Below, piece by piece: positions 25,250 through 38,700 of a DNA stretch of 64,000 nt. The position numbers and the translations under genes are program-made. The stretch lies in contig CM074805.1 of NCBI GenBank assembly GCA_037447605.1, positions 2,637,361 through 2,701,360 on the forward strand, read 5' to 3'. The notes beneath the pieces are model-generated. The model was not told where the DNA came from and searched no databases. It saw nothing but the letters and a program-made list of their open reading frames with translations. Origin of the DNA: Zygnema circumcarinatum SAG 698-1b. Its lineage: Eukaryota > Plantae > Zygnematophyceae. Numbering within the stretch: the first letter of the stretch is position 1; each line of letters opens with the position of its first letter.

Positions 25250-25882
25250 GCCCCCATCGAGGGGCACACAATCCTCTTGAGTCGAGCAAAGCCGCCATAC
25301 CGACCCATCTGCTAAGTCCGGAAGAAACCGGTGAGAGCGCGAAAAGTTAGCTTGGCAACTTTACGCGGATAAGGGGCTGGATGGGGAATTCCAAATTTCA
25401 AAAGCCCCTTGGGGTTTCCATCTTGTTTGTCGGAAGAAAGATATTCGCTGAGGATGTGCACCATTATCGCCACCTAACAAGGCGACCTTAAAGAACCGCT
25501 TTGCGTTACCACGTATTGATGATCTCATTGCTGGACTACGCCGAGTGTTTATCACCGATCTTGCCTGGGTACCATCAGATCCGCTGCCACTGCTTGATGT
25601 GCCAAAACTGCGCTCCCGGACCGACCGGGTCACCCAATATAAGGTGCTCTTTGATCGACTCACGTTCCGCTTATCTTCATAGGCTAAGATGAACTTAAAA
25701 TGTTCATCGGCATGGACGAGTTTGTTTTGGTTTACCTCGATGATATCCTTGTCTTCAGTAAGACAGAGGAGGAACATCTTAAACACGTTCGGGAAGTGTT
25801 TGAGACCCTGAGGAAACACCAATTTTATGCCAAGAGGAAGAAGTGTCACTTCATGCAACGTGAATTGCTTTATCTTGGGCAT
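25250..25882 (+). pseudogene. Element B RT, 5' part (interrupted by element C)
   Basis: FVLVYLDDILVFSKTEEEHLKHVREVFETLRKHQFYAKRKKCHFMQRELLYLGH. The frame resumes after C as ILNDQGLRPDPAKV. Confidence 0.9.
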
Positions 25883-28800
25883 TGTTGATGTATAGGGTAC
25901 ATCAAGGTGTTGGTACTTAGTTCCTAGCATGAATGTTGTCCGGGACATCAATGTGGTGGTATAGGGACAATGTCATGTATGAATGGTCATGTTTGGTGTA
26001 GGACCGAACATGGGGGGTGCCTGTATCGATAGGGCATGGTACGGCAGGTCTAGGGAAGGTCTAGGGTCGTGGAATTACGGCTTAGGCTTAGATCGTACCA
26101 AAGGGGGTGCACGGAATGTGCTTGAACGTTAAGGAGCGCGCACGTACGGACGGTGCGCGACTCAACGGACGACGCGAAACGTAAGGACGCGAAGATATTT
26201 GGCGCGAGAGGCGGATCTGCACGAAGCGACATGATTGGTCGCGCCAGCGTGCAGATAGCGACGCAGTCTTCGGGCGTGACGTGACGCGGAAGTCGGTTGA
26301 GAGATTGGAGTTGTCGGCGACGAATGAGGAGGCGGCACGTGGCATTGCGTGGACCCTTAGTGCGGTCCGCGGCTCTGACGAGGTCAACTGAGAAGGGGAC
26401 CGAGTCAGCACTTGAGCGGGCGGCGGATATGTACGGCTGGGCGGCGGACGTGTACGGCCGGGCGGCGGAACAGTACGGACGACCTTGTGTAGGTCGGTGC
26501 TGGCGTAGGTTTACGTGAGACCGCGAAGCTGGCTGTTGAACGCGTAGCTGGCCGCTGAACGGCTTGCTGGCTGCTGAAATGCATGCGTGCCAGCAGGTGC
26601 CTGTGACGCACATCGCCGTCACGCCGGCCGCCATAGTTTAAGAGGGAGCAAGCTTGGCTCCCTCACTCACTCACTCTCTCTGAACGTTATGCTGCTCGAC
26701 CGTTGTTGTAAAGGAAGAGTAGGCAGAGGCTGAGGCCTTAGAGGAGTCCGGCCTTGTGTATGAAGGTCGTGGATGAACTAGCTCTATCATGCTGCCTTTA
26801 AATGGGGTTAGTTAGATGGTGTGTCCCTGATGTGTTGAGGTAGAGGAGGAGTTCATGGAGGCAGGTTGTGCTTGGCTACTGCAGTTGGGGTGTAGGCTAT
26901 CTATGAGAGGATAGGATAGTGCTCATGTGAGGAGGAGAATCTAGCATACGGGATCGATGTAGATTTCTCAAGAAATTGGGGATACACTCATGAAGTTTAA
27001 GGAGTTTTAGGGCCGTGGGCTTTCTCCTTACTACCGTGATCATTTGTCATGTGAGTCCTCGTGGTTGGATTGACGTGAGTGGATGAGTGGAGGCGACCAT
27101 TGTATGGTATGTGTGTTGCTCCACACGCAGGAGACTATCGAGGAGCTGGAGTCAGGAGCCGAGACCATGGAGGAGATGAAGAAGTTCACTTGTTGAGGTG
27201 GGGTGTTTTAGTTTTCCGCTGTGCGCACCTGGTGAGAGGTGGACGAGAAGGCATATCGTAGCGGAGCGGTATGTGGCCCAAGGAGAAGCAAAAGAAAAGT
27301 TTAGAGCTTTGATACCAAGGCATGTGATGCCCTTCCTTGAGTCTTTCCTTTCTTGCTGCCCCTCACACCAACAAGTGGTATCAGAGCTAAGGGTTGAAGT
27401 CTTGGAGCATCTAGTGCTTAAGATTCAGTCTTAGAGCTTATGGTTGTCATCCAAAAGAGTACCAAGTGAGAGTGAGGATCTTGGAGCATACTAGAGTGGG
27501 GGGTTTCAGATCCTTGAGAGTATGGGTTCCAAAGGGATAGATCCTTGACTAGAGAAAGAGCTAAAGGGTAGTTCTTAGTGGGAGCCTAATGGTTGGCTCA
27601 GGAGTACTCAAAAAGGATGTAGTTATGGTCAAACTCCTAATCACGTTGATGGTTTCATTTGTAGCAAGCATGTTGCCGTAGACTCAGCTTTGAGGAGCTA
27701 GAGTCATGAGAGGATGCCTTTGGAGTACTAGTCTTGACAGCTCAATGGGAAGAGTGCGAAAGAAGGCTAGATTAACGGCATTGGCGTTGGCGCTGTTTTG
27801 AGAGACTTGGCTCAAGGGAGTCAAGGTCCGGCGGCGTGGAGGTGGTGCATCGAGTTGCACACATTCGAGGTGACCCAACTCAACGGAGTTGGAGGAGGCA
27901 GCGTGAGGGACGCACAAGCAAGGGTGGGACTTACCCTTTGGAAGCTTGTATGCTCGGATATGTCGAAGGCGAAGTTGCTTCATCGAAGGATTCGAGGGGA
28001 GGACTCATCAGCACTTCGAGAAGTGGAGAAGGTTCCACTGCCATATCGAGATTGCCATGGTATGTGGAGGGGACTGCCCTCCCAAGCACGCTCTTGGGAT
28101 TAAAGACTAGCTTTGGAGTTAGAGACTAATGAACTAGACTCTTCACATTGGTTGTGGGAGAGACTAGGAGAGGTGGAGAGTGGCAAGGAGTGCCACGTAA
28201 GGAAATAGTTCACTTCAATGCGTTTGGGGTGAAGGAGGCCCAAGATCTAAGATCTAGGGGAGAAAGCTGCCCAAGGAACCATTGCTTGAATCCTGACTAG
28301 CCTGGTGGACAGAGCTAGTGGAATTGATAGTCACTAAGTTGTTAGTGATGGACCACTAAGGAGGAGTTTAGGGAATTCCCCAAGGAGTAGTGGAGGAGAT
28401 CAATTCGGAGGTAGGAAGGTCGCAACTTTCTACAAGGAGTCTACTTCATGGAGGAGTAGATGTAGCAAAGGAGGAGAATGGATCGAGTCAAGAGGCGTTG
28501 ACGACCATTCAAGGAGGGGCAAGGCTGAAGTCGGACGAGGAGGATTCCACTCCAAGTTGACTTGATGAAGACGAGAGATTATGGGAAGTCCTTTGGAGAT
28601 CATAATATTGCTAACGACTAGCAGGCCGATTCTTAGAGGGATCATTCGATCCAAGGAGATGTCAACATGGAGGCCTGCGTGTCCGTATCGTGGACCTGAT
28701 CTATGTCTGAAGAGTTTGGTCAGAGTGCACGCCTAGTTTATTCGGGAACATGGGATAGATTTTTCGGAGGAGGAGCCATGTTTGTTGGATCTCAAGAGGA

Positions 28801-31800
28801 GAGGCAAGAGGAGCTGATGGATATCGAAGGAGAAGTGGCGTACAGGCGTCTTGGAAGACAAGGTTAAATCATTTTGGAAGCAAGCAAAAGAGTTAGATGC
28901 GTTGTCAGAATTTCTGTCACATGCAAGTAAGGAGACCCTTGTGAAGGTGAGAGCGGAGTAGTCAGGGATTTCTTCGAAAAGGGAAGGTGCAAATGGGTGG
29001 ATTTGCTGGCATCGATAGCTTGTGGAGCTCTGCATCGAAGCTCCTGGACACCTGCTGGAAGAGCTTGAAGACGCTTGCAAGGACTAGGATCTTGAGAGGT
29101 GCCTAGGTCCGGGAGTCACAAGAGGGAAGAGGCATCGACATGGAGCTGGCGAGATCGCACTCATGATGGGATGGCGCTCTAAAGCAAGGTACCGCAACCT
29201 TGAACACCTTTTGGTGATAGAGCTGGTGACAAATTTCGGTTTCTTCCCTCAAAGGTAAGATAGTAAGACTCGTGTACATGGCTGGAGTGAGGGTGTTTGT
29301 GAGTGTAGCCCGAGAGACCCAATCGTGCTTATCATTAGCGGAGGAGCAGCAAGACCATAGGCTGGAGATGCTGACTTCTGATGACTTCTGTCCGGAGTGG
29401 GAGAAATGAAGAAGATGCTATGATAGAGGAGGCTGAGCAATCTTGAAGCGTTAAAGCGAAGACCTTGAAGATTCGAGGAGCTGCAAGTGATCATGAAGAT
29501 CAAGTGGCGGCAAGGAGCGCTTGGAGGCGCGGCTGGTGGCAAACTTAATCAAGGACGAGCAGAGGTGGAGATAGTCATCATGATGATGGTGCTGCATACC
29601 TCCCTTCGTAGTATTCCTGTGAAAGTCACTAAAGCCGAAAGTGAGGTGTTTTATTTATTATGAAGGTGCAGTTACACCTGTTGAGAAATTGACATGCAAT
29701 CAAGAAAGTGTCAAGCAGGGTTTGTGGTGGACCTTGATGTGAAGAGGAACATCTGGTTAGCTGGCTCATTGATGGAGTAAGTGAGCAGAATTAAGACCCC
29801 AAAGGTGGAGTACAAGAGGAGGGTGCCGAGATGTCGAAGCTGGAGGTGGCTTTGGAGGACCAGTCCTTGTACAAGGAGGCTGTTTAGCTTAAGAGGGGGT
29901 AGTTAAGGTGTTCAGATTCGACCTTGGCAAATGGTGCCGAGGGGAGCTTGTCCATGGGGGACAAAGGTAGTTCATAGTGTGGGGTCCCAGGATCGTGTAG
30001 AGGAAGTTGTTGGTGAAGACGGCACTTCATTTGGGTGGAGGCCTACAACAAATGGCGAGAGTACCACAAGGAGGATTCGAAGGACAACTATGAAGGACCT
30101 CATGTTTATGAGGGGGTGAGCGGCAATGGAGAAGACGACATTCTGAATGTGTGAGATGGGAGGAGAAGTTAGGTTTTCTCGGGTTTACCTTGGAGGATGA
30201 ATTTTGGAAGACTTTGAAAAAGTTGAAGGTTCCCAACACATTGTTGACAAGGTGTCAATTGCGCTCAAAGAGGTTCTGATGTGCAACGATTGCACATGCG
30301 GAGAGAAGACCATCTTCAGGAGGAGGTGGCCCGGGGGAGAGTGCAATGGCTGTTGCATTCACGGTGGAATCAATTCAAGGGAATTGGTGAGCAAGCGGCA
30401 AGGTATGCTTAAGTGTTGCTTAAGCTTAGGGTGCCATGTTAGTATAGCTTGCAAGGAACTTACGTACCAAGAGGGGGATTGTTGATGTATAGGGTACATC
30501 AAGGTGTTGGTACTTAGTTCCTAGCATGAATGTTGTCCGGGACATCAATGTGGTGGTATAGGGACAATGTCATGTATGAATGGTCATGTTTGGTGTAGGA
30601 CCGAACATGGGGGGTGCCTGTATCGATAGGGCATGGTACGGCAGGTCTAGGGAAGGTCTAGGGTCGTGGAATTACGGCTTAGGCTTAGATCGTACCAAAG
30701 GGGGTGCACGGAATGTGCTTGAACGTTAAGGAGCGCGGCCGTACGGACGGCGCGCGACTGTACGGACGACGCGAAACGAATGGACGCGAAGATATTTGGC
30801 GCGAGAGGCGGATCTGCACGAAGCGACATGATTGGTCGCGCCAGCGTGCAGATAGCGACGCAGTCTTCGGGCGTGACGTGACGCGGAAGTCGGTTGAGAG
30901 ATTGGAGTTGTCGGCGACGAATGAGGAGGCGGCACGTGGCATTGCGTGGACCCTTAGTGCGGTCCGCGGCTCTGACGAGGTCAACTGAGAAGGGGACCGA
31001 GTCAGCACTTGAGCGGGCGGCGGATATGTACGGCTGGGCGGCGGACGTGTACGGCCGGGCGGCGGAACAGTACGGACGACCTTGCGTAGGTCGGTGCTGG
31101 CGTAGGTTTACGTGAGACCGCGAAGCTGGCTGTTGAACGCGTAGCTGGCCGTTGAACGGCTTGCTGGCTGTTGAATGCATGTGCTTGCTAGTGCGCCTGT
31201 GACGTGACATCGGGTGTCACGTCACGCCGGCCGCCATAGTTTAAGAGGGAGCAAGCTTGGCTCTCTCACTCACTCACTCTCTCTGAACGTTATGCTGCTC
31301 GACCGTTGTTATAAAGGAAGAGTAGGCAGAGGCTGAGGCCTTAGAGGAGTCCGGCCTTGTGTATGAAGGTCGTGAAGGAACTAGCTCTCATCATGCTAAG
31401 CTTTAGTGAAGAAGTAATGCGCCCCTCATGCTGAGGCAGGAGGAGTTCATGGAGGCAGTTCGTGCTTGGCTACTGCAGTTGGGGTGTAGGCTATCTATGA
31501 GAGGATAGGATAGTGCTCATGTGAGGAGGAGAATCTAGCATACGGGATCGATGTAGATTTCCTCAAGAGCTTGTATTACACCTACGGCTTAAGGAGTTTT
31601 AGGTGGGCTTTCTCCTTACTAATGACGGTCATGTGAGTCCTCGTGTTGGATTGACATGGTGGATGAGTGGAGGCGACCATTGTATGGGCGGTGTGTTGCT
31701 CCACACGAGGAGATCATTGGAGGAGCGTGGAGTTGAGGAGCCGAGACCATGGAGGAGATGAAGAAGTTCACTTGTTGAGGTGGGGTGTTTTAGTTTTCCG

Positions 31801-31955
31801 CTGTGCGCACCTGGTGAGAGGTGGACGAGAAGGCATATCGTAGCGGAGCGGTATGTGGCCCAAGGAGAAGCAAAAGAAAAGTTTAGAGCTCTGATACAAA
31901 GGCATGTGATGCCCTTCCTTGAGTCTTTCCTTTCTTGCTGCCCCTTGCACCAACA
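25883..31955 (+). mobile_element. Copia-type element C, internally decayed and shortened, nested in the RT of B
   Basis: TSD GGCAT at 25878-25882 and 31956-31960. LTRs TGTTG...CAACA at 25883-27373 and 30480-31955. Perfect tRNAi-Met PBS TGGTATCAGAGC at 27376-27387; PPT AAGAGGGGGA at 30469-30478. Degenerate zinc-knuckle (~28015), LWHRRLGH-like/EGKRHR (~29030-29140) and EAVxLKR (~29875) traces are visible. Confidence 0.85.
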
Positions 31956-31960
31956 GGCAT

Positions 31961-34900
31961 ATTCTCAATGATCAGGGCCTTCGACCTGACCCTGCCAAAG
32001 TTTCCGCGGTAGAGACTTGGGCGCCACCGACTGACCTGCATCAGTTGAGGTCTTTTCTGGGCTTTGCGAATTATTTTCGTAAGTTCATCCAAGGGTTTAG
32101 TAAACTGGTTACTCCCTTGACTAATTTGACACGTTCCGGTGTCCCCTTTACATGGACCCCTGAATGCCAGGATGCATTCGAAGGTGTGCGCCATGCACTT
32201 GTTACCGCACCCACTCTCCGTTTAGCGGACCCGTCCAAGCCTTATGAAGTGGTTTGTGATGCTTCGGGATTCGCCTTGGGTGCCGTCTTGTTTCAAGATG
32301 GCCAACCTTTGNNNNNNNNNNATCATTTGTCATGTGAGTCCTCGTGTTGGATTGACATGGTGGATGAGTGGAGGCGACCATTGTATGGGCGGTGTGTTGC
32401 TCCACACGAGGAGATCATTGGAGGAGCGTGGAGTTGAGGAGCCGAGACCATGGAGGAGATGAAGAAGTTCACTTGTTGAGGTGGGGTGTTTTAGTTTTCC
32501 GCTGTGCGCACCTGGTGAGAGGTGGACGAGAAGGCATATCGTAGCGGAGCGGTATGTGGCCCAAGGAGAAGCAAAAGAAAAGTTTAGAGCTCTGATACAA
32601 AGGCATGTGATGCCCTTCCTTGAGTCTTTCCTTTCTTGCTGCCCCTTGCACCAACAGGCATATTCTCAATGATCAGGGCCTTCGACCTGACCCTGCCAAA
32701 GTTTCCGCGGTAGAGACTTGGGCGCCACCGACTGACCTGCATCAGTTGAGGTCTTTTCTGGGCTTTGCGAATTATTTTCGTAAGTTCATCCAAGGGTTTA
32801 GTAAACTGGTTACTCCCTTGACTAATTTGACACGTTCCGGTGTCCCCTTTACATGGACCCCTGAATGCCAGGATGCATTCGAAGGTGTGCGCCATGCACT
32901 TGTTACCGCACCCACTCTCCGTTTAGCGGACCCGTCCAAGCCTTATGAAGTGGTTTGTGATGCTTCGGGATTCGCCTTGGGTGCCGTCTTGTTTCAAGAT
33001 GGCCAACCTTACGCATGAAAGTCGCGAAATGAATCCCGCCAGCCGGAACTATTCTAAATGTAATGTGAATCGCCAGTAAAGTGGTCCACGCCTTTGCGGA
33101 CATGGCGGTGCTATTTGGGGCTTAAAGCGTCAGCGTCGGCCACCACTCACCGCCTCACGGGACGCTTTCTACCCATCACCTTTGTCTAGGGCGTGCGCAC
33201 GCCGTCTGAGTTCCTCCAAAGGTTTGACTGCCAGTGGGTTTATCGGCCCGGAAGGCTGAATGTTGCAGACCCACTGAGTAGGCAGCCTCGGCATCTTGCC
33301 TGGATGGTGCGCTCGTCGACTCGAGTGTTGGTGGAACGAGATGACAGAGGTGAGGGGCCGGCCAACCCCGAGTCTCCGTCTCCAGTATGCTTTGTCATAG
33401 ATCCCTCCACCAGTGACGCAGTCAACCCTCTTGCTCTCTCTGATCTCAGACAGATGATTCAGGAGGGGTATGCTGGTGATCCTTTGTTCCTGGATGGCCA
33501 AGGAAATGGCTATAAGGACAAAGTGGTGTCTAAAGACGGATTTTGGTACCACGGCCAGCAGTTGGCCGTGCCCAAGGCCGGGACTGTACGGCAGCTCATT
33601 CTGGGTGAGCTTCATGATCCTCCGTACCGAGGTCACATGGGAGTTGCCAAAACCCGTGAGGCACTGCTCCGAGAGTTCTGGTGGCCTGGACTCTCGAGGG
33701 ATGTGAAAGCGTATGTACTCGCTTGTCCAACTTGTCAACAAAACAAACCCCGCACTGGCAGGATCCCTGGCCAGCTGCAACCCCTCACACCTCCTTTTCG
33801 GAAATGGGATAGTGTGGGTATGGACTTGATCACAGATCTTCNNNNNNNNNNCTTGCCTGGATGGTGCGCTCGTCGACTCGAGTGTTGGTGGAACGAGATG
33901 ACAGAGGTGAGGGGCCGGCCAACCCCGAGTCTCCGTCTCCAGTATGCTTTGTCATAGATCCCTCCACCAGTGACGCAGTCAACCCTCTTGCTCTCTCTGA
34001 TCTCAGACAGATGATTCAGGAGGGGTATGCTGGTGATCCTTTGTTCCTGGATGGCCAAGGAAATGGCTATAAGGACAAAGTGGTGTCTAAAGACGGATTT
34101 TGGTACCACGGCCAGCAGTTGGCCGTGCCCAAGGCCGGGACTGTACGGCAGCTCATTCTGGGTGAGCTTCATGATCCTCCGTACCGAGGTCACATGGGAG
34201 TTGCCAAAACCCGTGAGGCACTGCTCCGAGAGTTCTGGTGGCCTGGACTCTCGAGGGATGTGAAAGCGTATGTACTCGCTTGTCCAACTTGTCAACAAAA
34301 CAAACCCCGCACTGGCAGGATCCCTGGCCAGCTGCAACCCCTCACACCTCCTTTTCGGAAATGGGATAGTGTGGGTATGGACTTGATCACGATCTTCCCG
34401 CGACACCCTGGGCATGACTCATCCTCGTTTTGTCGACGGCCAAAGAAGATGGTGCATTTTGCACCAACTACTAAGACCGGGGCCACGCAGATTGCACGGG
34501 TTGTATGTTGACAAAGTGTGGAGCCAAAGATGGTCTTCACCGAAATTGTGTCTCAATCGCGATTCACGACCACCGCCATTTCTGGACGCTCAAAATCGCC
34601 GACCCGCGCGCTGAGTACAGCTTTCCACCCGCAAACCGATGGCCAGACGGAACGGGTGAACAGGATCCTGGAGGATTACCTCCGGCATTATGTGGGACCT
34701 ACCCCGGATGGGTGGGACGAACTGCTCCCAGTGGCTGAGTATGCCATCAATAATGCTTACCAGGAGTCCATTGGTACCACCCCTTCTTCCCTAACTTTGG
34801 CCAAGATCCTCTAAATCCCCTCGCGAACCAAGGATCAGCCCTGATCCGAACATGGGCGTCCACAACCCCTCGCATCCTTGAAGCCGAGGGGACCGGATGG

Positions 34901-35236
34901 GACTCAACTCCCGCTAGCCAGATCTTTGTCCGCTACTGCCCTGAGTAAGGCGCTGCGGTGAGGCACGGCATCTCGCTAGCGCCCGGGCCAGCGACAAAGG
35001 CCTATGCCGACCGGGTCATCAGACTCCAACTCACCTTCAACGGCTGGCTATGAGGTGTTGCTGGCACGGCGAACTTGGAGACTCAAAGCTTATGGCGGAA
35101 CACGTAAGCTGTGGCCCCGCTTCATCGGACCCTTCAAGGTCGTGAAGCGAATCAATGATGTCGCTTACCGGTTGGATTTACCAGCTCATATGAAGGTGCA
35201 TCCGGTCTTTCATGTGGGATTGCTAAAGGCCTACCG
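31961..35236 (+). pseudogene. Element B RT-RNase H-integrase (with assembly duplications)
   Basis: LRSFLGFANYFRKFIQGFS; YEVVCDASGFALGAVLF; WVYRPGRLNVADPLSR; LHDPPYRGHMGVAKT; CPTCQQNK; WDSVGMDLIT; GPF motif. Any chromodomain would fall in the 35237-35246 gap. Confidence 0.9.
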
Positions 35237-35574
35237 NNNNNNNNNNGCGCCGCGTCGCGGCGCGCGCCGTGGAATGCGGTAAGCGTTCGTACGTTGTACA
35301 CCTCTGACCCATTCGGGTCAGAGAGGGACACGTGGCAGTCTGCCATTGGACAGCCCTGCTTCCAATCCTCCATGCTGGTAGGAGGTTCGACGGGGGAAGC
35401 GTAAAGGGGCGTGGGTGACTGTCGTCACCCAACCAACGTACCGGCATTCGGTTGCACCCCTGCCCGGGGCTGCGCTACCCTCTGAAGCTCTCTCTCTCTT
35501 GCTCTCTCTCGCTGAACTCTGAGTGCTGGTGTGTGATTCCGCGCAGGCTGAAGAGGCGGTTTTCAGTCGTTACA

Positions 35575-38500
35575 GGGCGGGAGAGCAGCGCGTCGGCGCC
35601 TCCCAAAGTCGGTGAGTTGTCGCCTGTGCGCGCGTTCGAGGTGGTGGGAGGCCATGGAATCTAGGGTTTGGAAGCGGAGGGCCAGGAGCTGAAGCTGGGC
35701 GACCCGATCTGGGGGAGGAGCATCATCGTAGAAGAGGGGCTCAGCAGAGAGGAGGTCAAGGGGAATGCGGGGCTTACGGCCATAGAGGAGCTCGTAGGGA
35801 GAGAAGCCCGTAGAGGAGTGAATAGAGGTGTTGTACGTGAAGACCAGGGAGGGGATGACCTCGCGCCAGTCCGCCTCGAGCTCCGCGCAGCCGCGAACAC
35901 ACGCATCCTTGACGGTCTGAATGGTACGTTCCGCGAGCCCATTCTGCCAGGGGGAGTAGGGGCTAGAGGTTCGGTGAATGATGCGGAAGTCCTGCATGAG
36001 CTTGGCAAACGCCCCCTTGTATTCGGTGCCATTGTCAGAGTGGACACAGTAGGGGAGAGAGTGACGGTGAATGATGGCCGTAAGGAGGCGGGCGGAGTGG
36101 ACTGAATGCTTAGATTCTGTCGCGTGCATTTCCACCCACTTGGTGTATCTGTCCACGGCTAGGAAAACCCGAATGTAGNNNNNNNNNNATGTAGCGGCCC
36201 ACCGCGCCATGGAGGCCGGGCCAATAATAGCGCTCCTGCAGCAGGGCGACCATCTTCTTCTGGCCAAGGTGGAATCCGCCGGGCTGGGAATCGTGTGCGA
36301 CGTCCAGAATTTCCATGCGCTCGTTGGGGAAAGGAACAGGAAGGCCGGAGGGGAGGTAGAGAATCTGTCCTTCATCATCGACAGAGAAGTTCCGAGCGCG
36401 GCGGAGCAGCCGAGCCCTCTCGGTATCCGTGATAAAAGGGGGCAGCGTGCGAGTCATGACGTAGCGCAGAAGAGAGGAGTCAGAATGGACGTCATTGGCG
36501 CTGGGGAAATGGGGAGGAAGAAAAGGAGCTTCGCCATCGTCATCCATGAGGAGTTCCCACGGATCTGCATGGGGGTGGCCGTGGGTGAAGTCAGGGTCCT
36601 GCCAGCGATGGAGGGTGGTGGCCGTGGCCGGAATATCGATCAGCCCATCCGCGAATATGACATCATGTAAGTCTTGATCTGCAATGAAAATCTCAATGGG
36701 AAGGTGCTCAGGGTTCAAGAGGGTGGGTGGAGGGATGGGTTCAGGAACGGCCGGATCGTGACAGAGGAGGGGAGCCGAGGGATTGCGACTGAGGCCGTCA
36801 GCATTGCCGTGACTACGGCCGGGACGGTGAGTGACCTTAAGTACATTATACTCCTCCAACTTCATCACCCATCGTGCAAACTTAGGGCGTAGGGTAGCCA
36901 TGATGTGCAGCCAGGTGAGGGGCATGTGGTCAGTCCGGATGATAATGGGCTGGTACGCCGTGAAGAGCTTGAACTTCTCGAGTGCCCAGAGGATAGCCGC
37001 GGCCTCACCCTCAGTAGGGCTGTACTTGGTCTCGGTTTCTGAACCAACCCTGCTAGCATAACTGACCGGGTGTTCCCCATCCGAGAATAACGCTTGATCG
37101 CCACTGCCCCGGTTTGTCCGACTCCGTCAATAATGGTGGGCGTGTGGTGGGGTCGAATTGATGCGCATAAGGAGCCCAAGGAGGGCACTCTGAGCGCCCG
37201 GAAGGCCAGATCCCCGCGCCGCTCCATTCAGAGGGACTCGTGTTTCTCCAAGGCATGTAGGGGACGCGCGATGAGGGCATAACCCTTAATGAACCGGCGA
37301 TAGAAGGAGGTGAGTCCCAAGAAAGACTTGAGCTGAGTGAGATTCTGTGGAATGGGCATAAGGTCAATTGCTTCAATTTTGTCGAGTGATGGTTTCAGGC
37401 CATTGATGCCGAGGCGGTGCCCGAGATGAGTGATCTCCTGGTGGCCCCATTTGCACTTCTTGGGTGCAATCTTCAGACGCGCACTGATGAGCTGTTGCAG
37501 GACTTGGTCAATGTGTTGCAGGTGGGAGGACCAGTCCTTGCTGTGGAGAGAAGCATCATCCACGTGAAGGCCTACGTAAAGAACCCATTGTGGGCCGACT
37601 CCGCTGGCCAGCGCCGTGAGTCTGGCTGGAATTCTTGAGCCCAAAGGGAAGCACCGTCCACTGCACGAAGCGCGTGGCTGTGCGAAGCCCTGTCTTGCAG
37701 CGATCGGCCTGTCGCAGGGGGATCTGCCAAAAGGACTTCTGCATGTCCAGGGCCGAGAACCATCGGTCCTTGGGGGAGACGCCGTGGAGAATCAGGTCCA
37801 CATCTGGTAATGTATAGGGATCCCACTTCGTTATGGCATTCAGTTTCCGATAGTCTCCACAGAAGCGGAGTGTGCCATCCGGCTTTGGGGGCAGAACGGC
37901 CGGGCTGGCCCAAGGCCCTTCTCCAGGTTCCATCAAGCCGGCAGCCACGTTCTCATCGATCTGTCGTTCGACATCGGCCTGCTGAGCGGCGGAAAAGCGG
38001 TAGGGAGTCATGGTCATGACGGGAGGTGCATCCCCCGTATCGATGTGGTGCTCTATCAGGTGGGTCTTGCCAATGTCGAGTGAATGTCGTGCGAAAACTA
38101 GATGATTTCGGCGCAGCACTTGGCGTAATTGTGAATGCTTGATCGGGTCTGAGAGGACTGCCGGCCCCAATCGCATCTGACCCTCTATTTCCAGCCACTC
38201 CTCATCACTAATGGTCTCGTGGGGGGGAAAGCTGGGTGCAGCTATCACCGGCGGCAAAAGTTCTTCCGTCGGCGCACAGAGAGCTGGACTCGTAGGAGCA
38301 GGAGGGGGAGTCTCGTCATCGGTATCAGAATTGGCCGATCCATAGGAAGAATGGGGGCTGCCGACCGCATGGTACATGGTGATCTCTGGGTAGGAGACCT
38401 GCGCCGTGGCGTGGCGCTTGGGGAAGGCGGAGGTGGTAAGGGACTCGAGGATGATGGGGAAGGAGCAGTCTGTCCCGCCAGCAGATAAGTGCAGTTGACA

Positions 38501-38700
38501 TGTAGCAAAGTCGATTTGTGCTCCCATCGCGAATGAGCCAATCTGGAGCCCAAAGAGATAGAATATTTCACGCCGCGATGACCGTGATTCACCGTGGCTC
38601 TATCTTGCCAAGGCTGATGATCACTTGGGCGCTGCCCAATCCTTCATGTAAACTCCCCTCAACCCCCACATCTCGGGGGATGGGCTCAAGTGTCTTGTCC
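35575..38700 (-). pseudogene. Family A pol, copy A3 (PR-RT-RH-linker-INT)
   Basis: ORF 37556-38527 (PR end and RT: WASPAVLPPKPDGTLRFCGDYRKLN); ORF 36110-36925 (RH end, linker, GFHLGQKK...RYYWPGL); ORF 35563-36378 (INT core VDRYTKWVE...HSDNGTEY...NGLAERTIQTVK). Confidence 0.9.

Larger units (their letters stand above)
21891..35574 (+). mobile_element. Ty3/Gypsy element B (chromovirus-like RT/INT), nested in the integrase of A3
   Basis: TSD GGGCG at 21886-21890 and 35575-35579. TG...CA termini. 5' LTR 21891-22585; partial 3' LTR 35247-35574. Contains gag with CFRCRKEGHKARDC, protease LLDTGADANFVS, RT YLDDILVFS, RH VVCDASGFALGAVL, INT GHMG...CPTCQ...HPQTDGQTERVNR, and GPF motif WPRFIGPFKV...HPVFHVGLLK. 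Confidence 0.95.

Noticed and set aside
26050-31210. Long ORFs in LTR C (26050-26634, 30647-31210)
   Set aside because: GC-rich shadow ORFs duplicated with the LTR; they differ at the N-terminus and show no protein motif.
31625-33010. Apparent ~700-bp tandem duplication (LTR C end plus B RT/RH)
   Set aside because: The two identical copies flank the 10-N gap at 32312-32321, as expected for unmerged contig overlap; treated as an assembly artefact.
33292-34390. Apparent ~550-bp tandem duplication in the B integrase
   Set aside because: Identical copies flank the 10-N gap at 33842-33851; assembly artefact.
35090-35246. Chromodomain in element B
   Set aside because: The sequence breaks at an N-gap right after the GPF motif, so its presence cannot be shown.
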